Source: Deltaproteobacteria bacterium RIFCSPHIGHO2_01_FULL_43_49 (GTDB taxonomy: Bacteria; UBA10199; SPLOWO2-01-44-7). Taken from it: a stretch of DNA of 64,000 bases. Below, piece after piece: positions 27,847 to 35,870 of the stretch (position 1 is the first letter of the stretch; every line of letters begins with the position of its first letter). The notes beneath the pieces are model-generated. The model saw only the letters and a program-made list of their open reading frames with translations. It made no database searches and was not told the DNA's origin. The stretch spans positions 193,148 through 257,147 of the forward strand of contig MGRG01000005.1 of NCBI GenBank assembly GCA_001798075.1, in the 5' to 3' direction. Position numbers and translations under genes: made by a program.

Positions 27847-29304
27847 ATGAATTGGCGTGCCCTTGCAAAACTTTTAGGAATCTTTTCTTGCGCCGTTGGT
27901 TTTTTAATTGGTTTATCCGCGCTCGTTTCTTTGCTTTTTCATGAAAGAGAGGCCCTTTGGCTTGCCCTTTCCGCACTCATTCCTCTTATTGGTGGCTTGG
28001 GGTTGATGCAGCTTTCTTGGGAAACGGATGTGGAAAATTTGTCCCACCGTGAGGCCACTCTTCTCATTGCCTTGTCGTGGCTGGTGGCTATTCTGTGGGG
28101 CGCCTTTCCTTACTATTTAACACGAGCCTTTGGCGATTATTCACCCCTTTCTTTTTTGAATTGTCTTTTTGAAGCAACCTCTGGATTCACGGCAACCGCC
28201 GCTTCCGTTTTGATTCCACACATTGCCTTGGAAAATCTCTCTCGCGGTCTTATTTTTTGGCGCTCCATGAGCCAATGGTTAGGGGGTTTAGGGATTATTC
28301 TAATTGCTTTGTTGTATTTGCCGTTGATTCGCGCCGGTGGGATGGAACTTTTTCAAACCAGCTCCATTGTGAGAGAAAGACTGCGCACCAAAGTAGGAGA
28401 GACATCCCGAACAGTTTTGCTCATCTATTTGAGTTTTACACTGTTGGAAGTGATTGTATTGAAGTTAGGTGGGATGGGGTTATTTGACGCCCTCTGCCAC
28501 AGTTTTTCAACCATTTCTTCTGGCGGTTTTTCCACACAGACATCCAACATTGGTGGATATAACAGCTTGTTCATCGAAATGACCCTCATTATTTTTATGA
28601 TTTTAGGCACAACCAACTTCGCCCTTCATTATTCCTTTCTCCAAAAAGATTGGCTGGCCTATTGGAAGAGCTTTGAGTTGCGGCTTTATCTGGGGGTATT
28701 GTTAGTAGCAATTTTGGCTGTTGGAATTAACCTTAAGGCAAACGGGGTCTCCAATCATTGGAGAGAGGCTATTTTTAATACCGTTTCGATTGGATCGACA
28801 ACCGGTTTTTGGAATGCGGATGTCAGTTTGTGGCCTTCTTTTTCGAGGGCGATTTTGTTGATCTTGATGTTTGTTGGTGGGACCGTTGGTTCTACCTCGG
28901 GCTCGATCAAGTGTTTTCGCATGGGGCTACTCATCAAATATGCCTATCGTGAAATTTTTAGAATCATTCACCCCGCAGGGTTTACCCCCGTGAAATTGGA
29001 AGGAAGAGTCGTGGATAGAGAGATCTTAGAGGGAGTGGCCGCTTTCTTTTTTCTCTATATGATCATCTTTACCGCAGGTTCCTTGATTATGCAGGCCTTA
29101 GGGTTCGAAATGATGGTGGCCGCCTCCAGTGTTGCGGCGGCCCTAGGGGGCGTGGGGCCCGGGTTTCATGAATTGGGGGCGATGGGGGGCTATTATAATG
29201 TGCCGGTTTTGGGAAAGATTACGCTGATGTGTTGTATGATCTTGGGGCGTGTCGAAATTTTCCCTATCCTCGTTGTAATCTCTAGGGAATTTTGGAGAAA
29301 ATAG
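27847..29304 (+). CDS. trkH: Trk potassium uptake membrane protein
   Basis: FEATSGFT, QWLGGLG, SSGGFS, STTGF, GSTSGSIK, GRVEIF. Confidence 0.93.
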   Translation: MNWRALAKLLGIFSCAVGFLIGLSALVSLLFHEREALWLALSALIPLIGGLGLMQLSWETDVENLSHREATLLIALSWLVAILWGAFPYYLTRAFGDYSPLSFLNCLFEATSGFTATAASVLIPHIALENLSRGLIFWRSMSQWLGGLGIILIALLYLPLIRAGGMELFQTSSIVRERLRTKVGETSRTVLLIYLSFTLLEVIVLKLGGMGLFDALCHSFSTISSGGFSTQTSNIGGYNSLFIEMTLIIFMILGTTNFALHYSFLQKDWLAYWKSFELRLYLGVLLVAILAVGINLKANGVSNHWREAIFNTVSIGSTTGFWNADVSLWPSFSRAILLILMFVGGTVGSTSGSIKCFRMGLLIKYAYREIFRIIHPAGFTPVKLEGRVVDREILEGVAAFFFLYMIIFTAGSLIMQALGFEMMVAASSVAAALGGVGPGFHELGAMGGYYNVPVLGKITLMCCMILGRVEIFPILVVISREFWRK

Positions 29305-29315
29305 GTGGATTGGCG

Positions 29316-29405
29316 AAAAATTAGCGGGTCCTGTTCCTCCGTGTTTCTGTGGGGGCCCCTAACCAAACCCCACAGCAAACACTCCGGACCACCCGCTAAT
29401 TTTTT
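29316..29405 (-). repeat. ~90-nt palindromic repeat, copy D (reverse orientation)
   Basis: Nearly identical to copy B; closing stem AAAAATTAGCGGGT/ACCCGCTAATTTTT. Confidence 0.9.
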
Positions 29406-29422
29406 GAGCCCCAAATTTTTAG

Positions 29423-29449
29423 GCAACTTTTTTGGGAAACAACCGATGA
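29423..29449 (+). promoter_or_regulatory. Shared sigma-28-like promoter motif, copy 4
   Basis: GCAACTTTTTTGGGAAACA-ACCGATGA, 9 nt before the ATG at 29459. Confidence 0.7.
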
Positions 29450-29458
29450 CTACCTTGT

Positions 29459-30544
29459 ATGATTTCTATTGCAAATGTGGCGATTAGCCGGGCCGCTTTT
29501 CAACTGGCTGATCCCGCCTTTCTGGATCTAAGCCTTTCCCAAGTAGAGCGCGTTCTTGCGCCCGTCACCCCTTTTTCTGGGGTGTATGAAGGGAGAGCAG
29601 ATCTGCTGGAAGCTTTAGAAAAGGGGAGGTCCGAAGAAGTAGCACTTTCCAGAGCAGCGCTCTTAAAAAAATTAGTTGGGGATACCCCGGGTGTTTCTAA
29701 ATTATTTGCAGACCCACAAGATCTCTTTAGAAATGTGAGAGAGGTTTTAGGTCTACAGAAAGATTTCAAATCAGCCCTTCTCCCAGACCCAGAACTAATT
29801 ACAAAAGAACAAAAACTGACTGATCACAATAACAGAAAAGAAGTTTATATCGTTAAGGATTTGGCAGACCTAGGAATTTTGGGGCTTTCAACATGGAAAT
29901 ATGTTGTTGTGGAGCTAGCCGATGGGACACAAGAGATTCGGATCGGATCATACAAAGGTTTGCATGTGGAAATGATGTTGGACGATGAAAAAATTGTTGG
30001 GGCAGGGTATATTGAAAATAAAGAGGGTATTATTGAACTGGATGGCTCAAGCACTTTCCTGTCCACTTATCCTGATAGAGTAGAGAATTCTCACCGTCCA
30101 ATAGCAGAAGAAAGCGGTTTGAAGGCAGTGAGGAAGGCCTTTCGAAAAATTTTGGGTAAAGATTTTAATTTGATGGTTCGAGGATTACCAAACGAGCCGG
30201 AATCTCTTAGTATTGAGAGTTCTGAAATCCTTTTTCAAAGAACCAACGGTGCAAAAAAGAGATATCTCCTCATTGTCACTATCGATGGGGAGCCCAAATT
30301 CCGTCTTGTTGATGAAGGGAATGAAGATGGGATAGAAACGATGGATCCTGGCGATGCGGCTGTCGATATAGGAGAGGTTTATCAATCTAGAACAGCAGAT
30401 GGAAAGCCGGTCTATGTTTTAACGGGAACTCAGTCTGGCTTAACAGACTCTTTATTGTTTCTCAAAAAGCTTCTTGGGAATGCTGCCATCGTTGCTAGCT
30501 TGGGCGAGTGGATGTTGCATCCTCAAAACCCCGCTCTTCAGTAA
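29459..30544 (+). CDS. Orphan protein with a tandemly duplicated C-terminal beta-rich domain
   Basis: 361-aa ORF, no signal peptide. Confidence 0.75.
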   Translation: MISIANVAISRAAFQLADPAFLDLSLSQVERVLAPVTPFSGVYEGRADLLEALEKGRSEEVALSRAALLKKLVGDTPGVSKLFADPQDLFRNVREVLGLQKDFKSALLPDPELITKEQKLTDHNNRKEVYIVKDLADLGILGLSTWKYVVVELADGTQEIRIGSYKGLHVEMMLDDEKIVGAGYIENKEGIIELDGSSTFLSTYPDRVENSHRPIAEESGLKAVRKAFRKILGKDFNLMVRGLPNEPESLSIESSEILFQRTNGAKKRYLLIVTIDGEPKFRLVDEGNEDGIETMDPGDAAVDIGEVYQSRTADGKPVYVLTGTQSGLTDSLLFLKKLLGNAAIVASLGEWMLHPQNPALQ

Positions 30545-30555
30545 TTGACTTAGCT

Positions 30556-30625
30556 TGGTACCTGGTCGCGGCTCGCGGCTATTTATTTCATCATTTCAAT
30601 TAATTATGCTGGTACCTGGTCGCGG
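30556..30625 (+). repeat. 16-bp direct repeat TGGTACCTGGTCGCGG
   Basis: Exact copies at 30556-30571 and 30610-30625. Confidence 0.8.
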
Positions 30626-30645
30626 GGTGTGGCAAAAACCGTTTT

Positions 30646-32778
30646 ATGATCTCCCAACAATTTAAGCTCTCCATTGAGGGGATGCATTGTGCCAGTTGTG
30701 TAGCTACGATCGAAAAAGGTCTGCGCAAAATCCCCGGCGTCCTTTCGGCCTCTGTCAATTTGGGTCTTGAACAGGCAGTTGTCAGTGCTCAAGAAGATAA
30801 AGTCAAACCAGAACAGCTCATCCAAACCATCCAAACGTTAGGTTATAAGGCAAAACCTTTTGAACCCGCTAAAGACGGCAGCGATCCTTATAAAAAAGAA
30901 TGTCGTGATTGGCTCTGGCGCTTGTTGCTTGCCCTTCCTTTCACGCTGATTCTCATGATCTTTACGGGAAAATATTTTTGGTTGGATGTTGCTTTTGGCG
31001 GCATCGTTTATTTTGTCGCCGGCTTTCCTTTTTTGAAGGGGATGATTGTTTCTTTATGGCGCAGGCATCCCGACATGAATGCCTTGATTGGTATTGGGGC
31101 GACTGCCGCATATCTTTACGGCTATTTTGAAACGACCGCCACACTCCTTAGTTTCTTGATCTTGGGGCGTTTTTTGGAAGCCAAGGCTAAGAGGGCAACC
31201 AGTCAATCCTTGCGCGCCCTTTTTCAATCCATTCCTCAGATTGCTCATAGAAAAGTGAAAGATGGTTTTGAGGATCTTTCCCCTGAAAGTTTGGGGGTGG
31301 GAGATATTATTTTAATAAAACCTGGAGAAAAAGTTCCGGCGGATGGAGAGATTATCGATGGAGTCAGCAGCTTTGACGAAAGCTTGATTACCGGTGAGTC
31401 CTTCCCCGTTTACAAAAGAATTGGGGAAAAAGTTTTTGCAGGGATACACAATCAGGATGGTGCAGTGACGGTGAGGGTGAGCAAAAATTCCGGTGAAACC
31501 TATCTGGCTCAGATTGCAACTTTGGTGGAAAGCGCTTTGGCCAACAAAGCACCCATCGAAAGACTTGCTGACAAAATTTCAGGGATCTTTGTCCCCATTG
31601 TTCTCTTGATCGCCTTTGTCACTTTTTGGTTTTGGTGGAATTTAGGTCCAGAACCTAAGCTTGCGAATGCCCTGGAATTTGCCGTGGCGGTTTTGATTAT
31701 CGCTTGTCCTTGTGCTTTGGGGTTGGCTACTCCAACCGCAGTGATCGCCGGAGTGGGCAAAGGCGCAAAACATGGAATTTTGATCAAAGGTGGGGATGTT
31801 TTAGAAAAGGTGCGCGACTTGCACACCATTGTGCTCGACAAGACCGGAACACTCACAGAAGGAAGGCCTCGTGTTAAAGAGGTGATAGCCCTCTCTGGCA
31901 ACAAAGAGGAGGTGTTAAAGCTTGCAGCCCAGGTCGAAATTTATTCAGAGCATCTTTTGGCGCATGCCATTATAAGAGAGGCCCGCATTAAAGGATTGCA
32001 TTTGGCCCCTCTTCAGAACTTCAAGAATTTTCCTGGCCTTGGGACAAAGGCTCATTTCGGCGACAATGAAGTGTTGGTGGGGTCCCCCGTTCTTTTCGCA
32101 GAGAATGGTATTACAATTTCTCCCCTTGCAGAACTTGCAGAGGAAAAAAGGGAGTTGGGATTCAATGTTATTTTTGTGGCTTTAAATCAAAAACTCCTGG
32201 GTGCGATTGTGTTGGAAGACGAAATCAAAGAAAATTCCATGAAAGTCATTCAAAAACTCAAAGAGATGGAGTTCAATGTCTGGATGATTACAGGAGATCA
32301 AAAGGCAGCGGCAGAACTGGTGGCTCAAACCCTAGGCATTTCCAAGGTTCTCTCTTCAATGAAGCCCGATGAAAAGGCTTCAGCCATTGCTGAGCTTAAA
32401 AAAGAGGGGTTAGGCATTGCCTTTGTGGGGGATGGGATTAATGATGCCCCGGCATTGGCCGCAGCCGATGTGGGGATTGCCTTTGCAACAGGGAGTGACA
32501 TTACCAAAGCAGCCTCGGATATCACACTGGTCCACGGTGATCCTTTAGCCATTGTTGAGGCGATAAAACTCGCCAAAAAAACCTACGCTGCGATTCAACA
32601 AAACCTATGGCTTTCTTTTATTTATAACGTACTGGCTATCCCCATTGCGGCCGGTGTTTTGTATTCCTCTTTTAAACTTCGTCTCACACCCGAAATTGCC
32701 GCCATCGCAATGAGTTTGAGCTCGATTTCCGTGGTGTTAAATAGCCTGAGGCTCAAATGGACTCGGGTGGGGTCATGA
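30646..32778 (+). CDS. copA: Cu(I)-translocating P1B-type ATPase
   Basis: GMHCASC, TGES, CPCALGLATP, DKTGT, GDGINDAP, YN and MxxSS motifs. Confidence 0.9.
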   Translation: MISQQFKLSIEGMHCASCVATIEKGLRKIPGVLSASVNLGLEQAVVSAQEDKVKPEQLIQTIQTLGYKAKPFEPAKDGSDPYKKECRDWLWRLLLALPFTLILMIFTGKYFWLDVAFGGIVYFVAGFPFLKGMIVSLWRRHPDMNALIGIGATAAYLYGYFETTATLLSFLILGRFLEAKAKRATSQSLRALFQSIPQIAHRKVKDGFEDLSPESLGVGDIILIKPGEKVPADGEIIDGVSSFDESLITGESFPVYKRIGEKVFAGIHNQDGAVTVRVSKNSGETYLAQIATLVESALANKAPIERLADKISGIFVPIVLLIAFVTFWFWWNLGPEPKLANALEFAVAVLIIACPCALGLATPTAVIAGVGKGAKHGILIKGGDVLEKVRDLHTIVLDKTGTLTEGRPRVKEVIALSGNKEEVLKLAAQVEIYSEHLLAHAIIREARIKGLHLAPLQNFKNFPGLGTKAHFGDNEVLVGSPVLFAENGITISPLAELAEEKRELGFNVIFVALNQKLLGAIVLEDEIKENSMKVIQKLKEMEFNVWMITGDQKAAAELVAQTLGISKVLSSMKPDEKASAIAELKKEGLGIAFVGDGINDAPALAAADVGIAFATGSDITKAASDITLVHGDPLAIVEAIKLAKKTYAAIQQNLWLSFIYNVLAIPIAAGVLYSSFKLRLTPEIAAIAMSLSSISVVLNSLRLKWTRVGS

Positions 32779-33654
32779 TAAAAAGCTACCGATCAAGGTT
32801 TTATAGACTTGTCCTTTAGACACTTTTATAATGGTGTCGCTCTTTGGCCAGACTTTTGAGGTCTCCAGGAGCTGTAAGGTCTGAAACCCGAGTCTCACAG
32901 GCAACCTCACAACCGCTTTCAATCGAAGTGCAAACCAGGGAAAATAACTGCAATATCTTTCATATTCTTTGAGATAGTTTTTGGCCAACTCGAAAAGGAC
33001 TGAAATGGGGACCTCTTTTGGAATATACGAGCGACCTCTTTTTAGATCCTGAGGGATATCTCTTAGGATGTTGACGAGCTGCAGACCCTTCCCAATTTTT
33101 TCGCCAATGAACTCGCTTTCCTTCCCAAAATTGTTGGAAAAACTAAAGTGGGACTTCATCATTTTTGTCCAAAACTTTCCCACACAACCGGCGACAAAGT
33201 AAATATATTGATCGAGTTCTTCTAGCGTTTGGGTAGGTTTCCCTTCAAGGTCTTTTTGCATCCCTTGAGTCAATTCCAGAACAAGTTCTTGGATAAGCAA
33301 CCAATCCTTGGGCTCAAGTCTTGAGAGGGCCTCCATTAACGCGGGCAACCCTTCAATAAGGGCCTTTTCAGAAGAAGAGCCCCCGGAAGGTTTTGATACA
33401 GAAGAGACAATACTTTGGGGGAATCCATCTGTGGGTCTTGCAAACATTTCTTGGTAAGCATCCAATAATTTAAGACGTTCTGATTTGGGAATTAGCTCCG
33501 TGTCAGCAATCGTATCGGCTGCTTTGCAGGCTAGAAAAGCCAGCCCCATTTGTAGGCGAATTTTTCTTGGGAGCAAAATAAGACTCAAATAAAAGGACCG
33601 CGAGGTCCCTTTCAGAATTTTTTTGAGATTAGAATTTTGGTAGACCCAGCGCAT
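32773..33654 (-). CDS. Squalene/phytoene synthase family protein
   Basis: TSRSFYL, ADTIAD, YFVAGCVG, GLQLVNILRD. Confidence 0.88.
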   Translation of the reverse strand: MRWVYQNSNLKKILKGTSRSFYLSLILLPRKIRLQMGLAFLACKAADTIADTELIPKSERLKLLDAYQEMFARPTDGFPQSIVSSVSKPSGGSSSEKALIEGLPALMEALSRLEPKDWLLIQELVLELTQGMQKDLEGKPTQTLEELDQYIYFVAGCVGKFWTKMMKSHFSFSNNFGKESEFIGEKIGKGLQLVNILRDIPQDLKRGRSYIPKEVPISVLFELAKNYLKEYERYCSYFPWFALRLKAVVRLPVRLGFQTLQLLETSKVWPKSDTIIKVSKGQVYKTLIGSFLS

Positions 33655-34492
33655 AGAGAATTTCTTTCAGGGCAATTTTTAGTTTTTCGCCAAAGCCCAA
33701 TGAAACCTTTTCCTTGAAAACAGCCAAGGGATTTCTGCTTATTTTACTGAGTAAGGCTTCATAGGTTTTTCCCATCAAAAAGGCGGCGATCATTTGGCGC
33801 CTTAATTTTCCAGGTCTTGGAAAGGCCTTCCAAGCAGCTTTATAAAAATTTCTAGCTCGTTCCATTTCAAAATAAAGAAGATCATAAAGATTTAAATTAT
33901 CTTTGGCATTTCCAGACAAATCTTGGAGGGTCACGCTGAATTTTTTGAGATCTTCTTGGGGGAGATAAATCCTTTCCCGGCCCAGATCGGTAACAATATC
34001 TCTTAAAATATTGGTCAGTTGAAGGGCTTTGCCTAAGGTAATGGCCCCTTCTTTTAGTTCCGGCGTTAGTGGAACACCAAAAATATGGAGACAGACAAGT
34101 CCCACGCAAGAAGCCACTTTATAGCAATAGACTTCCAATTCTTGGAAAGTAGCGTAGTTTTTTTTGGTTAAATCCATCTCGCAACCGGCAATAATTTCTT
34201 CGAGATATTGTTTGGGGATTTTGTAATCGCGAACAACTTGGCTTAGGGCTTTCGAAATCAGGTGCTTGGGGTGTCCTTCGTAGATTTGTAAAACTTCTTG
34301 TCTCCAAAATCTCAATTTTTCTTTGGCCTGCTCAAAGCTAACCGCCTTATCGACACTATCATCAACTTCTCGGCAAAAGGCATAGAAGACCTCTAGCGCG
34401 AGGCGTTTTTTCCTCCCCAAAAGATAGAAGGTATAAACAAAATTGGAGCCACTTTTCTTGCAAACTTGGTGACAAAGTTTTTGTGGATTCAT
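33629..34492 (-). CDS. Presqualene diphosphate synthase (HpnD/CrtB-like)
   Basis: SGSNF, YAFCREVDD, YCYKVASCVG, ALQLTNILRD, RIYLP. Confidence 0.88.
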   Translation of the reverse strand: MNPQKLCHQVCKKSGSNFVYTFYLLGRKKRLALEVFYAFCREVDDSVDKAVSFEQAKEKLRFWRQEVLQIYEGHPKHLISKALSQVVRDYKIPKQYLEEIIAGCEMDLTKKNYATFQELEVYCYKVASCVGLVCLHIFGVPLTPELKEGAITLGKALQLTNILRDIVTDLGRERIYLPQEDLKKFSVTLQDLSGNAKDNLNLYDLLYFEMERARNFYKAAWKAFPRPGKLRRQMIAAFLMGKTYEALLSKISRNPLAVFKEKVSLGFGEKLKIALKEILYALGLPKF

Positions 34493-35655
34493 CCTTTGCT
34501 ATAAGTCAATTCGTAGGTTTTGACTTCTTCTACACCCTTTTTAACAAGAGAGTCTATTTCTAAACGAAGCTCAACTCTATCTAACCCTTCTTTGGTCGAG
34601 CGGGTTTTAGGGTGCTTGGGTAACATCAAACTACAGCAATCTTCATGTGGTTTTATGGAGATGTCAAAGGTTCCAATCTTGCGGGCCTGTTCAATAATTT
34701 CTAGCTTATCCATTCCGATAAGGGGTCTAAAAACAGGTAAATTTGAGACGCTCTCAATTGCACTGAGGTTGGATAAAGTTTGAGAGGCTACTTGCGAAAG
34801 GGCTTCGCCTGTAACCAAAGCTTGGCAACCATTTTTAATTGCCAGATTCTCAGCAATCCGAAGCATCATTCTGCGATAAAGAAGAACCCGGTAATCTTCA
34901 GGTGCTTTAGACACAATTTGTCTCTGAATCTCCCCAAAAGGGACGCAGAGCAGGCTTCCTCCATCCTGATAGTTAGCCAGCATTTCTGCAAGTTCAAGCG
35001 CTTTGTCCTCCGATTGCGCTGAGGCAAAAGGAGCAGAGTGAAAATGAATGAATAAGGCCTCGCAACCCCTTTTCATCATTCGCCAAGCCGCTACAGGGGA
35101 ATCAATGCCCCCTGACAAGAGGACTGCAACCTTTCCAGAAACCCCCACCGGAAGTCCACCCAAGCCAGGAATTTTCTCAAAACTGTAAAAGATGTGATTT
35201 TGGAAGAGTTCAATATGAACGGTTGTTTCTGGCTGATCTAGATTGACTCTTGCATTTGTTTTGAGCTGGATGAAGCGACCAATCTCCTCATTGACGTACT
35301 GAGAACCAACCGGAAAATTTTTTTCTGCTCTTTTTGCTCGCACTGCGAACGTAGAAAATTTTTGTGTGATGAGGCTGCGATCCAAATTTTCTTTGAGATT
35401 CTCAAGAGAGGCCTCTGCTCTCTCGCACGGCATAAAGTTTGCCAGCCCAAAAATTTTGGAGAGCTTGTTTTGCACGACTTGCGCATTTGGGGTGACAGCA
35501 AACTCCATCCAAAAACGACCTGGAAGTTTGTGAAGCGTGAGGGGTGCAATTTCTCTGCACCTAAGCGCCACCCTCCTTTGCAAAGCATTTTCAAAGAAGG
35601 ATCGATTTTTATTTTTAAGCGCAATTTCTCCGTAGTGCAAAATGTAGTGTTGCAT
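34489..35655 (-). CDS. thiI: tRNA 4-thiouridine synthase (THUMP + PP-loop, no rhodanese domain)
   Basis: YGEIALKNKNR, LSGGIDSPVA, QVASQT, RPLIG, EDCC. Confidence 0.95.
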   Translation of the reverse strand: MQHYILHYGEIALKNKNRSFFENALQRRVALRCREIAPLTLHKLPGRFWMEFAVTPNAQVVQNKLSKIFGLANFMPCERAEASLENLKENLDRSLITQKFSTFAVRAKRAEKNFPVGSQYVNEEIGRFIQLKTNARVNLDQPETTVHIELFQNHIFYSFEKIPGLGGLPVGVSGKVAVLLSGGIDSPVAAWRMMKRGCEALFIHFHSAPFASAQSEDKALELAEMLANYQDGGSLLCVPFGEIQRQIVSKAPEDYRVLLYRRMMLRIAENLAIKNGCQALVTGEALSQVASQTLSNLSAIESVSNLPVFRPLIGMDKLEIIEQARKIGTFDISIKPHEDCCSLMLPKHPKTRSTKEGLDRVELRLEIDSLVKKGVEEVKTYELTYSKG

Positions 35656-35751
35656 GATCTAACTTACTTAATTGACTTGAATTTTTTACAAAGGCAAGGT
35701 CTTGTAACAAGGAAATTGAGAAAAAAGTTGACAAATGGGTCGAAAAATCGT

Positions 35752-35805
35752 TTGACACCGCAACATATTGTGGTTTAACATTGAGCCATACACAATATGT
35801 TGTGG
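35752..35805 (+). promoter_or_regulatory. Tandem NrdR boxes overlapping a sigma-70 promoter
   Basis: CCGCAACATATTGTGG (35758) and ACACAATATGTTGTGG (35790), 32 bp apart; TTGACA at 35752. Confidence 0.85.
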
Positions 35806-35870
35806 ATAAAGAGGGACCGGAAGGGGATATTTCTCGTTAAGTTATTGAAATAACTAAAAAATTAGGATTA

